Below the pieces are notes generated by a model that made no database searches, was not told the origin of the DNA, and saw only the letters and a program-made list of their open reading frames with translations. A stretch of DNA of 64,000 bases, from NCBI RefSeq assembly GCF_008831285.2, contig NC_045138.2, forward strand, positions 18,600,001 to 18,664,000, read 5' to 3'. Every line of letters begins with the position of its first letter. The first letter of the stretch is position 1. Source of the DNA: Nymphaea colorata (lineage: Eukaryota). The position numbers were made by a program, and so were the translations under genes. Below, one piece after another: positions 51,783 through 64,000 of this stretch.

Positions 51783-54700
51783 TTTGTGTTAACTCCAAGT
51801 GTAACAACCAATTGAAACTCGCATGACTCAATGAACCCAAACTTGATCCGGAATTGGATTGTAAAAAGCAGGAGGAAATTTGTGAGCAAGCACAGCTCGT
51901 AACGAGTATATTTCCTGAAAAATCTATGGAAAGTTTTCAGTATATGATTATTTTCACATCTTCCCTCATATACTTGTGGTGATACAATCTATGCCAATCA
52001 AGCACACATTGTAGTTCATTCATATTGGACATTAGATCGACACCAACTATAATAACCCAACCTTAATCAAAATTGAGTGTTGGTTTGGCAGACAGACCCT
52101 AACTTACTATCAACTGATTTTGATTGAAGTAGTATAGTAAGTGAATACTTACTATAGAATATTTCAAACATTTCAGAAATGTGATATGGTAAAGATGCTG
52201 AAAGACATGGAAGTGGTCCAATGTTCAGGTTGGATACAAAGGTTGCCTTGACGAGTATGTCTCTCATTTATGTTGGTCAAGTGAGTCCAGATAGATCGTT
52301 CAAGTTTAAAGAAAAGCAGGGCCAGTCTTTCTATTTTGAATCATTTATGCCTAAGATTTATGTGAAGAAAACATGGTCAAAGGTCTTTATGAATCCTTTA
52401 TTTGGCTTAATGCGTGACCTCAACATATATAGACAACCAAGACTCGTCAAAACTGAGTCATTCTATATACTTTCTTACTTTCTTTTAAAGAACGAGTTAA
52501 AGTGAACTTACGACCTCAAATACCAGAAAAGAAGAGAGAGAGAAAGCCAATTAAATGGGAATGCATAATAAAATTTGGGGACAAGAAGTCCCCTAAACAT
52601 AATAACAAACTGCAAAAACAAAAAGAAGGAACGAAATATACAATACAACAACACAATAAAATAAAATAAGATGGGTGGAAAGAGAGTGGATAAATGGAAT
52701 GACAAAGTCACCCAACAGAAAACGAATGACGGCACCATAACTGAATGTAAAAGTGGACATCCCCCTGCACACAGAGACGCACACATAGAGAGAGAGAGAG
52801 AGCCTTAAATATCAATCTTCAACTTTTATTGGAAAGAGAATTTTCGCATAAAATAACCAAGATAGATGACTTGGATTTGAATATGAAGATTAAATTAAAA
52901 AAACGAAGAAAACACAATATATTTTTTCATTGAATCAGCTTGAAGTTCCTAGTCATGCTAAAAGAGTTGCCACGTAAAGACAATGCGCCATGAATGAAAC
53001 TGGTTAGACTAAGAGTTCACTTACCAACAAGCCCTGTGGACAATACTAAAGAGATTTTCTTACAAGAGAATGATGGGTACCCTGATACAAAGAAAAACAT
53101 TTTTTTTTTTTTAACTTGTGTTTATTTAGTTACTATTTCTTTTCTTAATAGTTGTCCCTCGATTATAGAACCTGTGAGTAATCTTCTCTTGTTTAATTAG
53201 CCCTTAACAAAAGACTGGCGACGAAAGTGTCAGGATCTACTAGATTCCCTTCAACTTTGAAACTTTAAGCCAATACACATAGTTAAGAGTGCCGCGCCCT
53301 TATAAGTTGTTTTAATAATCCGCATAACATCAAGTAAAACATAAGATGAGTAACGATTTTAAGCTTAAAAAATGCAAAAAGGGAGATCGCCGAGCGACTG
53401 GACTGTCGAAGTTGGCTACTTAAGAAAGCCCATCTTCATGTTGCGTTGCCTGGATCGTATCTTACTGTGGACGTGTTTGCATTGCCTTTTTCCAGCTATG
53501 TATTGGTGTAAAATCTTTTGGATATTTCTGCTCTGTCGATTAGAAAGATTCCCCTCTTCTTATTCAAAGAAATTCATCACCGAGCTCTTGACTTTTTTCA
53601 ACTTCAACTATTTGAATATGTCCAACTTGGTGCCCTTTGAAGGGATCACGAATCAGTGGCTTCTGAATATAAAAATGCACGGCTTTTTGTATCTTGGAAC
53701 AACATCAAGAGTCATTTGGTGCTTGACAGTTTACTTTAACGTGAGTGTTACCATCTTACTTTCAATAGTTCCAAAGAACAACATTTTGAAAAAAAATACT
53801 GTAAATTTTTAAAAATTTTATAAAATTGAAAATAAAAGAAACTAAAATAAGTGAGAAACTAATAACACAAAATGAAAAATGAATGAAAAAAAAACTGTTT
53901 GACATTAAAAAAATTAAAAATGAAAAACTGAAAAAATGCGTTAAAATGTGTTTTTTTTTGTTTTTAACATTTTTTTCCACAAAAATGTGTTTTAAAGTTT
54001 TAAACAGATAATTAATTTATTAAAAAAACACACATTTTGTGTGACTTTTAAAGTAAGACACCCACAAAATGCAAAATAAAGTTAAGGAGATTGACACGAG
54101 CATGCCTTCATGGCCGATTCAAGAATTCGGCTTAATTTTGAATTTTTAAAAAGTATTAAAAAATAATTTCCATTATCTAAAAAAATAAAGAAGTTCCTAG
54201 ATATTTAAAAGTTTAGACATAAAAACTCTTAAAATCAAACAACGGATGAACTTGACTAGCGGTTGACGAACCCCACGGCAAGGGCAGAAAAGTCGGGAAG
54301 AAGGACTCCGGGGGTGTTTAAGTCCCGGTAAAAAGTAAAAGGGGAATGCTGGTCGGTAACTTTCGGGACCCGAAAAGAAGAGAAAAGGCTTCCATTCCCT
54401 GAAACTAAAGAGTAAAAAGCCTGCAAAAGGGACTAATAATTGTTGCATGCCAAAGGCGACCTTCTTGTCCCCCAACCGCTTTATTCACCACCCTTTTCAC
54501 CGTTTACCGGCCGTTAAAATAGCGGGAACTCAACGAAATGACGGAAATGCCCTTGACTTGACTTCTCCACGTTACCTGGGGGCCGCGCCTTGGAGTCATC
54601 ACTTTGCCCTCTTTCCAGAGTTGGAAGGACTTTTTCCAAGTTCTGACTTTAACCTTGTGTCCTCCGTTTTTGTCGGTTTCAGGAAGTGAATCTGTGGGTC

Positions 54701-55717
54701 CCCCACACAAGACGGATCGGGTCTGGCCGTTATGGGTTTGTCTAAAATGAGTCTTGTCCAGATCTGGTCTCACTAAGTCCGGTGTCGTTTGGCCGATAGA
54801 ACACTTTGTCGGACTCCAGATTTAAAGTAAATTCATGAAATGCTAAAACAAGTATTCTCCACTCTACTTAAACTTTAGAACAGATTCAGCAAACACTATA
54901 ATTGTTATCACTACCAAATGACAAGATTGGGTTTCATGAAGATAGGATCCAAGTTTTCCTTTGTTGCTTGGATGTTGATTTGCGCTTGGATTTGGATCAG
55001 CATGATTTGGGTTGGGATTTGGATCAGGGTACTGTGGCTGATCTGCACATGCATCCTTGTCAAAGCCAACTGTGCACTTTATGCGTGTTGGAGCTTTAGC
55101 TTTTTTTCACCTTTTACTTTTACGCTTGTGATGTAGAATGATCTGGTAAAGGTGAGAGACAGATCCAGCTTCAGCTTTATTGAGTCTCGAATCTGGATCT
55201 ACTTATAATGATCAGATCCGGATGTTTGTGGCCCAGTTCTGGATCCAGTTTGCTGGTAAGGGTGCAACTGCAGCAAGTTTGGATCAGATGCCTGAATCCA
55301 TTTCTTTTTGCTCCACTGAGAATTTAAATCCAACTCCGCCTTGAATTCCATTTTGAAGTTAAATATTCAAGGACAAACCCAGTTCGTAGAATTGGAATTC
55401 ACAAGCGGGGATTTTATCAAAATAAAGAATTAAGAGCTAATTTCAACAAAAAGATTTCCAATAAAATAAGGAGAAGGGAGGGGGAGATGGATCGCCTGTC
55501 TTCCTTCCCTCCTATTAGTGTCGGTGAACAAGCCGAAACCCACTTTGTGGCGTGAAAAACAATGTTGACAACTCTTCCATAACCCACTTTGGTGTCAAAG
55601 GATGTTGGTTGTTTAATCCTTGTGGAGAAAATCTTCTTCAGACCTAACGACCGGAAAGGCTTATGCAACGGCAAAGGTGACAACTCCTACTTCTTTACAG
55701 AGCCGTGGGATTATAGT

Positions 55718-55914
55718 AAGGGGGCGGAGATATGTGGGGTTTCCCTGAGACATGTGCCCGACATTTAATATATAGTTGGATTTAGGTGGACTTAGGTACT
55801 ATTATATATGGCAGCTTCATGGGACCTGGGTCACTGCTCCACTAACTTGGATGGATTTGATTGTTAACTATATATTTAGTGTTTCATGGAAAAAATTTTC
55901 TAGCTTTGCCCCTG
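55718..55914. mobile_element. hAT-type MITE, 197 bp, perfect 8-bp TSD
   Basis: TSD ATTATAGT at 55710-55717 and 55915-55922; ends AAGGGGGCGGAGATA.. and ..TAGCTTTGCCCCTG. Confidence 0.85.
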
Positions 55915-56478
55915 ATTATAGTATAACCAAGTTCCTTCTCTTCAGTTTAGATTATGGAAGGTGAGGGAATGAAGAATGGAGAAGATGCCGTTACTAGATT
56001 ACTTCTTGTGGATTCCCCACATCCTTGAAGAAGTGCATCTAACCAAATGAGGAACCAAATGAGAAGAACGAACTTCTTTGGGGGTGAGAAGGATGTCTTG
56101 GTCATTGTCACATATATTGTGTAAGGGTATTATACGGAGAGAGACTTCTTGGATATAATATAGCAAAGTTGTATATCTCAGGAATATCTCGAAAAAATCT
56201 TGACAAATTTTTAAATTTTTTAAAACATTTAATAAAACTTGAAAATTATAAAAAAAATAAATGTAAACACATATAATAAGCTCTTTTTCACGTTTTTTGT
56301 TTTTTGACAATAAAAGACACGTCTAATTGTCGTTTTATATGGGTGACTTATTTTTCACGTATTTAAATATGTGTTTTTTTTATTAATAAGCCCCGCCTTC
56401 CTCTGCTTGGTTTCTCTACATTGCGAGTCAGGACAGACTTATTACGTTAGACAGACTAAAGAGGTTGGGATTTCTTTA

Positions 56479-56598
56479 GAGGTCGTTTGATTGTGTTGGA
56501 ACACCGTGAAACACCATTGTCCATAAGGACTGGACAGTGGTGTAATGGACAGGACGTCCTGTCCGTCATGTCCCCGTGGATAGCAATCAAACGACCTC
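56479..56598. mobile_element. Tourist/PIF-like MITE, 120 bp, perfect 15-bp TIR, TTA TSD
   Basis: TTA|GAGGTCGTTTGATTG ... CAATCAAACGACCTC|TTA; internal 18-bp palindrome GGACAGGACGTCCTGTCC at 56547-56564. Confidence 0.88.
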
Positions 56599-57860
56599 TT
56601 AGTTAACCAATGGTGTCGCATCAAGGTGGCGAGGGAAGTTTGAGAAGGAATTTGACAGTAGGATCCAAAGGGCTCACGTACAAGTGGAGAGAGGTAGTTA
56701 TATGCACGACGTGTGTCTACTATAGTTCAGTCATTCCCAATGAAAAATTTCTATCTCCACCCCCAAGAGAAGAGAGGATGCTTGATTGCCCATTCTCTAG
56801 TGCAGGGAGGAACTTCTCTATCGAGAATCGTCCCCAGGCACGAACAGCGGGTGTCTGAATCAATAACAAGCTCATGAAGGTGCTGTTTCTCATCCTTAGT
56901 ATGAGTTTTTTTAGGAAGCTCCTTTATCCAAATAGTGTTATCACTCTTGCGTTGGGCACCTCCTTGTAACTTTTTTCATCTTCCAAGAATTTTCCTCGCA
57001 TTTTTTTTTTCACATCTACCATTCTCTTCACAATGAAAAAGAGAGCCGCTTTTCAAAACCAAACTTGTGTGAGATTCTTATTTTTAAGTTTGTTTTGCTC
57101 TTGTTTTTTACCTAACGAATCTCCAAAATTTTCAGGATCAACTTCAATTGGATTTTTCTCTACTCCAAACAAATATTAAATCCAAATGATTAAATATATG
57201 AATTTGCATCCAGACCAATTTCATCAGTAAAATTGTTTTTCAAACTAAATCTGCCTCCAAATACTCTATTTTGGATTGGATATTCGCTAAAATCCACTGC
57301 ATATGCACCCCACTTTGCATTTGCCCCCAAACCCACAAATTTGGATCAGACATTTCGCTAAAATCAACCCCACTTGCGAGCTTCCAGTCGGATTGTTATG
57401 CTTTTATATATATATATATGTATATTTTTTTTTGAAATTTACCTTCTAGAAAAGCTTATTCCAACAGCCTTAGCATCGAAACGCTAGAAAACGTTTCCAG
57501 TCTGTTTATCCTTTGACAATAAAAATTTGCCAAAAGTTCTGACGTTTTCCCCTAAAAACTTTTCAGCAAAAAGCCCACCGAAAACCTTTCCAAGGCCATC
57601 AAACGCCCACTAAGGAATCATTTTCCAACCTGAAATTCAAGTTTAATGTCACAAAGGGGAAATTTCAATTTAGGACGCCGTATGTTCTGGGAATCATGTC
57701 CGTGAATTTCATGATACAGTCATCGGAGCAATAAAAGGTACAATTCTTCAACAAAATTTTTTGCCAGTGAAACTGTATTCCATGGCATGGGGGAAAACAC
57801 AAGATTGAACAATGAAACAAGAATCACCTCTATCTGCAACAGAATTCTAATCTCCACAGT

Positions 57861-60800
57861 TCAGAAGCCAAACTTGAAGCTTCCCACCTTCGCATCCATG
57901 ACAGAATCCCAAAATGAAGTCTTCTTCGCTTTTTTTGCTTCATCTTCAAGCATGAGCTCTTTGATGGAGCCAGGGAAGGAAGCTTCATAAGCATCCCTAA
58001 ACTTATGGTACAGGTTCACCCTATCCCTGGTTCCTGAGACAAGGTCTTTGGCATTTGGACTCTTTAAGAAATCCAAAACATTCAACAGGTTTCTTCTGTA
58101 AAAAAAAGCAAAAAGGAATGAATCATATAGAGCCCAGAAATGTCATCAAAGTATTCAATACAACCTTACTATTGCAGGGAAGGAGGAAACACATGCACTC
58201 GGACAATGGTAACCTGGCAAAATTTGGAACTAAGGATCTAAATAATTAGGATACTTCAGACATAGCCTCCTTGCATTTAACAGCAACTATAAGTGTTTTT
58301 TGACATATTGCATGCACTCTCCGTGACTCGTGATCCCTTCTGTTGATGCTAAAATGTTAACGGGTTAAATTAAATGTGGCATTCTCCCTAGAATTGTTGC
58401 AGTTAGTTTATCATGTTTCTGTTACCAAACGTGTGTTCTCATTGTGAATTTTCATGCTGATTAGCAAGGTTAATCAAACGAAGGAAATTTTGTTTGTGCT
58501 AGAGTTGCCCAAGTATCTATACTCACAAGCAAATATACCAATCGTGCTTACTTTTTTCTCTTCCATAATCCTACAAAAAATGGCAGGATCAACCAATATA
58601 AGACCATACTAAGAGTTCACTTATGTCAGTTATAACAAATATTAACATCTATGTCATTCTTCCACTATCTTCCAACACACCTTCCTCCTTTAGATGCTAT
58701 CAAGGCCAATAATTATATTTCCTTGTCAAGCCATAAAGCTTGAAACAAGAAAAAGAATAAGGTTTCATCAAGACAATATTGATGAGATGGAAAATAGTTA
58801 TAGACTAATGCCTTGGGAGATATGTAAATATAAAGTTGGTTAGCCCAAATGAAAAGGATAACTAAAAACGATCAGTTGGGACCCTTATCTACATCAGATA
58901 CACTATTACATTTTCAAATGGCCCAGGTTTTCATGAATATCCACTAATTTTGCAATTGCTTAAGTACTTCTCATGCATAACTTCCACTCTGCAGCATGAA
59001 GAGGAAAACTCTGGAATCATAGATTCCATTTATTAGAAGAAGAGGACAGCCTAAAGAGTAAACAAAAGCTTCCATTCAGTCAATGGCCACAAGATCAGAG
59101 CAAGATTTACTATAAATTTTTTCATAGTTAACAGCTACTACTTACGAAGTTTATGCTGCAGTCCTGGACAAAAGGACAAACCTCCTCATTCTAATCTGTA
59201 CTTTATGCTGTTTTTGAGTCCTAAAATTCATGAGATGTAGCTGAGCTTGTAGTACCTCTGTTTGTCTGCCCCATAAATGCACACACACACAGACAAAGAC
59301 GGACACACATAGGGCGACAAGAAGAGGGAAAAGGAATGAGCTGACATTGTGGATATCAATGGCATCAGTTTGCCCCAACAGCAAAAGAGATCTTAACTGT
59401 GAACAAGGCTTCATTTGTTATGTAATAAATAATATCTAAGCTACGAAACCCTACTACCAAAGAAAGTGCATGATTGGGGAACCATTAGTCAAACAATTAG
59501 AGAATAAATGCAAATGAAACTGGGATAGAAGGCAATCAAGAAATTAATTTTCAACCGAACCAGCAACAGGGAAGAAAGGGCCACAAACCACATGTACAAA
59601 GAAAGAAAAAGAATAGCAGTAAAAGGAAAAAGAAAGAGACGATGGAAGCAAAAGGAAAAATACCGGCTGACATAGTTTTGGGTAATAGCAATGGAGTCTT
59701 CAAGATTGATCACTAGATGCCACCACCCATTGGGCACAAACATGACTTCTCCAGCCTTACATATACATTCAATGGGTCTTCTCTTCCATTGTTTGGTCTG
59801 CTCATAGAAGTTCATGAACCATTCAAGTATTGAAACAGGGCATGCTACCTCAACACCATCATCACTTGGATGCACCCCAGGCGGGACAATGTCAGGAGGA
59901 AACAAAATCCATTTCTTGGATCCCCGAACTACAGCATTCCATGCTGATGTGGAATTGGGATCAATATGAAATGAGGAACCCGAACGAGCAGGCCCAATTA
60001 TAAGCCACCGAAAGTCTGGTCTCTCATCCCCCAACAATGAAAATAAATCTTCCCTAAAATACACAGGAACTTCATAGTCTTCAGAAAGACTGGGGACCTT
60101 TTCAACAAACCTCGGATCAAAAAGATACAGTGGCCTCTCCTCATTCACAGAATCAGCATATTTATAGTAACTCTGTAGACTCATATCAACAGGACCTACA
60201 GAAAAATCTACATCCTTGGCTTTCTCCATCAAGTAGTCCCTATCCCATTTCTTCAAAGCAGCCCAATTGCTCAAACAACCACAAAGTAATACAGGCTTGT
60301 TCGGCTTTTCAAATTGAAGGATGAAGTCTTCAATGGAGAGATCATTCCTTCTCTCTATGTTATCCACCTCTAGCCATTCTTGTTTCAACTCAATATTAGC
60401 ACACAACCAACTTTGAAATAGATAATCAGAATAAAAGCTTCTAACCTGTAAGCCCCTTCCAAGTTGGGCAAGTGAACATGAGGATGAAACTGTTGAAACA
60501 TAAGTATGTTTCCATGAGGCTGTAAAGGAGAACCTACCCTTGAATTCTTCAAGAACAAGGTTTCTCCAAAGTGGGTCATGGTTAGAGAACACATAGAAGG
60601 CTCTACTTACAAGACTCAGCATGCACAAATCTTTAGCACCCAGAAGCCCCAAAATATCAAGAATGGACTCATCAGTTAGCACACAGAGATTACCGAGGCC
60701 TATGTCCCTTGAGTTGAAGGAGGATTGAGCGAGAAGGAGGTTCCCCAATGGCTGAACTCCATGGTTCCATGAAGCCAAGGAGTCTTGCAAGCAAAACCCA

Positions 60801-60883
60801 TTTTCAGGAACTTTTTTGTGCTTTGTCCTTTTCTTCTTTCTGGGCTTGTTATTTGAGTTTTGCAAGTTTTCTCTCTTTGCCAT
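57861..60883 (-). CDS. JMJ22: F-box/JmjC histone arginine demethylase, JMJ22 (At5g06550)-like, ~484 aa
   Basis: Exons 60883-59664 and 58095-57861 (junction CG|A, in phase). Motifs: HGVQPLGNL, F-box (GLGNLCVLTDESILDILGLL), FYSDYLFQSWLCAN, JmjC with Fe ligands FHID..WWH, and C-terminal NLLNVLDFLKSPNAKDLVSGT..SFWDS..FKFGF. The ORF-track start at 60922 is TTG; the first in-frame ATG is 60883. Confidence 0.93.
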
Positions 60884-61369
60884 TGTTGGAGATACACCCA
60901 GTGACAAGGATTTCAGGAGCAACAGTGGCGGGACGTTTCTCTCCTATCCTTTGGGCTTCCAACTTTGCAACTTCTTATCAAACATCTGCAGCCAGCCATT
61001 CCATGGCCCGACCCCAACTGCCCATCTCAAAGCCTTCACTCAAGGGGTGTTTGATGACCCAGAATACAGTTTCCGGAATCAGGATTCCAGAGACCTTATC
61101 GCAGGCTTGGTTTTGCAGGAATTATGCTTCCAGTCCCAGAAGTTGACCCTGCGTTTGTTGAGCTGGAAACAATATTGCTGAAAAATTTTCTTATGTTTGA
61201 TGAATGTGAAAAGTAATTCAGGGAAAAAACATTCCCATTAATTGATATGAGAGATATGGTAACTGATCCAGAAACTTCATGGGTGTCTTCCTCTTCTAGT
61301 AACTCCTGCTTCCATTGATGAAACAAGTGCATAAGCCATCATCCCATGCCTAATGACGACCTACGTTTT

Positions 61370-62682
61370 CTGCAAGAAGAAAATTTGAATGTTAACTCTA
61401 AAATTGAGGAGGCATGCACAAGTCCAAACAGATTACTCTCCCTAGAACCAGAATTGGTCGTACTCTCTGTATACAAAAATTGATCCTAAGTTAGAGGAAC
61501 ATGAAGAAAGAACCATTGAAAAACAAAAATACATCAGATAGAAGCCATGACAGACTGACAATCTTCACAGATTAAGCTTCCATTCTGCAAATTCGACAGA
61601 TATGATTGATAAAAAAACTCCACGTTATCAAATATAATATTATCTCATAAATCAGTTTCTGCTTTCTCTTTTTTCTCCTTTTCCTGCAGCTTCCACTTTT
61701 TAAATAACTGGCCTATGAATCGAATCAATGGCATATAATATAACCCCCACCATGGCCTCAATTAAGAAGTACAGGCCGATACAGAAGCTGGCTGCACAAA
61801 GGGCACATCATCATTACCTAATCAGCTCCATTGTTGGCAACTACTGTCCGATGATTTTACAATTTAAGGATTAACCAGCAGCAAGGTCAGTCATTGAAAT
61901 GTTGAATTCAGAGTGAGTGCACATGGACTCTTTCCTCAGCTCACAATAAAATGTACAAAACAAAAGCAGATGAAATTACGAAACTGAACGGCCTTCCTTG
62001 CAAAATAGAAATTCAAACACAGTGAAACATATAGCTTGAGGGAGAGAGATGCTTCAGTCTGCAGACTGCAGCCCCACCAAATTGTGGAGAAAGAAACCAT
62101 GTTCTTTTTCCTTTCCCACAGTGCTGATGGCACATGATTCACACCATCTACCGTTCCTTTTTCTCCAAATAACGCTAACTGCTCTTAATATTTGAGACAG
62201 AGGAAAATGACAAAACAACACCTTTGTTCTTAATAATATTTCAAAATGCTTCTCATATTCAACATTTTCTTGAAATAATTAAGGCATCTAAATTCACATG
62301 CCTCCGGAGTGTGACTCTCTCAAACGCCACGACAAGAAGAAGAAGAGACAAAACAAAAAGGAAGAAAGTCGCATCATTGGCACAAAACGCAGAGAATTTC
62401 ACTGTGCTCCGTCGCGAGTTGCGAGGAAAACGCAGATACGGATTAGTCGCGCATCGAAGCCACCACCGTAGGAAATGAAAGGGAAAAGAAATAAGCAGTG
62501 ACGGAAAAGCAAACAATGAAAATGGGAACAGAAAAAAAGAAGCGAAGGGGAGAGGAAGAGGAAGAAAATGGAAAAGAAGAAGTAAAAGGAAGGAGACCAG
62601 AAGAAGAAGTCGGAAGGAGACGCAGTCGTCGAAAGGAATAAGAAAAAGAAAAAGAACAACAGATAGAGATGTAGGAACTTAC
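61370..62682 (-). other. Probable 5'UTR intron of the JMJ22-like gene
   Basis: Minus-strand donor CCG|GTAAGT at 62682 followed by a long pyrimidine-rich stretch; candidate acceptor TTTTTCTTCTTGCAG| at 61370. Confidence 0.5.
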
Positions 62683-62819
62683 CGGTCGCCTTGAGCTGGA
62701 GGCCTGCTTCAAGATAAGCGACAGGCGAGCTGCTGCGAAGTGGAGAAATGCTGCAAGTGTAAGAGAGGAGAAGCGGTCGAAGAAGAGAGCCGTTCACCGA
62801 AGCCCTAACAGGCGGCAAA

Positions 62820-62998
62820 GTGTTTCCGGGAAATATTATATACGTTTCCGGAAATGACTGCGTAGACCGATACGGATTCATCATCACGTTTCCGATACGA
62901 GTTGAAAATCGTTATTTAGGCGCGCTGTCTCTCTCCCGTTTTCTCTCGCTCCCTCGCGCTTTCTCGCTTTCTCTCGCTCTGCTTCAGAATTCCCATCA
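62820..62998. promoter_or_regulatory. Candidate compact bidirectional promoter (JMJ22 / NIC2)
   Basis: Only ~316 nt separate the JMJ22 UTR donor from the NIC2 ATG. Contains TATTATATA at 62834, three GTTTCCG motifs (62822, 62844, 62888) and a CT-rich NIC2 leader. Confidence 0.5.
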
Positions 62999-63598
62999 AT
63001 GGAGACCAAAGGTTCCTCCTCCCTATCGAGATTCGCGATGCGCAGGAGGGACCCCGACCCCAAATCGGCGGCTCTGCTCGTGATCGACATGCAGAACTAC
63101 TTCGCCGCCATGGCCGCCCCCATCATCCCTTCCATCCGGGCCGCCATCGACTGCTGCCGCTCGGCCGGCGTCCCCGTCATCTTCACGCGCCACCGCCACC
63201 GGTCCCCCGAGGACTACGGCATGCTGGGCGAGTGGTGGGGCGGGGACCTCATCTTCGACGGCACGCCGGAGTCGGAGCTCATGCCGGAGGTGGGCCGGCG
63301 GGACGGGGAGCCGGTGGTGCAGAAGCACACATACAGCGGGTTCCAGGGGACGGGGCTGGAGGCGATGCTGAGGGATATGGGGAGGTCGGAGGTGATTGTG
63401 ACGGGGGTGATGACCAACCTGTGCTGCGAGACGACGGCTAGGGACGCCTTCCTGAAGGGATTCAGGGTCTTCTTCTCCGCCGACGCCACCGCGACGTCGA
63501 GCCGCGAGATGCACGAGGCCACGCTCCTGAATCTGGGCTACGGCTTCGCCTACTTGGTCGACTGCCAGGTCCTGAAGAGGGCGCTCGCCAAGGTCTAG
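62999..63598 (+). CDS. NIC2: Nicotinamidase 2-like (isochorismatase family), 199 aa, intronless
   Basis: [96 protein letters not shown]; the Asp-Lys-Cys catalytic triad is present. Confidence 0.93.
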   Translation: METKGSSSLSRFAMRRRDPDPKSAALLVIDMQNYFAAMAAPIIPSIRAAIDCCRSAGVPVIFTRHRHRSPEDYGMLGEWWGGDLIFDGTPESELMPEVGRRDGEPVVQKHTYSGFQGTGLEAMLRDMGRSEVIVTGVMTNLCCETTARDAFLKGFRVFFSADATATSSREMHEATLLNLGYGFAYLVDCQVLKRALAKV

Positions 63599-64000
63599 AA
63601 TTAGGTGTCTCTCTTGGTGGGTTGTTGTAAATTGGGAACTTCTGGCTTGTGCTTGGCCCCTGTGTGGGCATAGTGTTTTTCTTTGAATAATGAAAAATCC
63701 AGGGTTTTCCTTCTCTGGGATTTTCAAACAGAAATATTAGGATTATCGTTTCCTAGTTTGTTGTTGGTGCCATACATCTGGTACAGAACACTTAATTATG
63801 TTCGATGTTGATGAGTTATTGCTGCTCTCAAGAAAGTTCAGAAGATTCGAGCTTCCCTTCCAGTTTGGTGTATCCGCTCATGTTCTAAAGATTATTCTAT
63901 AAAACTGAGACTGTTGGTAAGCTCCCGAGAAGATAGAATCATTCCGGTGGGGTGATTCGGACTCCCTCGTTTAGCTCAAAAAAATGAGTTGCCTCCAGAC

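Noticed and set aside
53372..53812. 146-aa intergenic ORF (also 3034-3498 and 26532-27089)
   Set aside because: No recognisable domain or splice structure; composition looks like random translation of AT-rich DNA.
55519..55763. Apparent solo LTR (TGTCGG...CCGACA)
   Set aside because: The right end lies inside the hAT MITE 55718-55914, which has its own perfect TSD, and the 5-bp flanks do not match.
63023..63727. 234-aa antisense ORF over NIC2
   Set aside because: Expected by-product of extreme GC3 on the sense gene; no recognisable domain.

Overview
AT-rich nuclear DNA from a flowering plant, with spliceosomal introns, many (AT)n/(CT)n microsatellites and MITEs; the species cannot be fixed from the sequence alone. 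Six protein-coding genes were reconstructed by hand with in-phase splice junctions: a single-coding-exon LRR receptor-like protein (+, 7034-10372), 40S ribosomal protein S3a/eS1 (+, 7 exons, one GC-AG intron), a NETWORKED1-type actin-binding coiled-coil protein (-, 4 exons), a TSO1/tesmin-like CXC protein (-, 10 exons), a JMJ22-like F-box/JmjC demethylase (-, 2 coding exons), and an intronless NIC2-like nicotinamidase (+) head-to-head with JMJ22. Non-coding space holds hAT-type MITEs (four with perfect 8-bp TSDs), Tourist-like MITEs, an L1 LINE 3' remnant and short tandem duplications. The best leads are: the compact JMJ22/NIC2 divergent pair, a young ~100-nt hairpin inside a duplicated intron segment, an internal module duplication in NET1, an unannotated spliced small-ORF candidate, and tandem duplications that each carry a (TA)n tract. 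I found no convincing wholly new multi-gene system, and no tRNA, rRNA or CRISPR features. Family assignments come from recalled motifs, not database searches.
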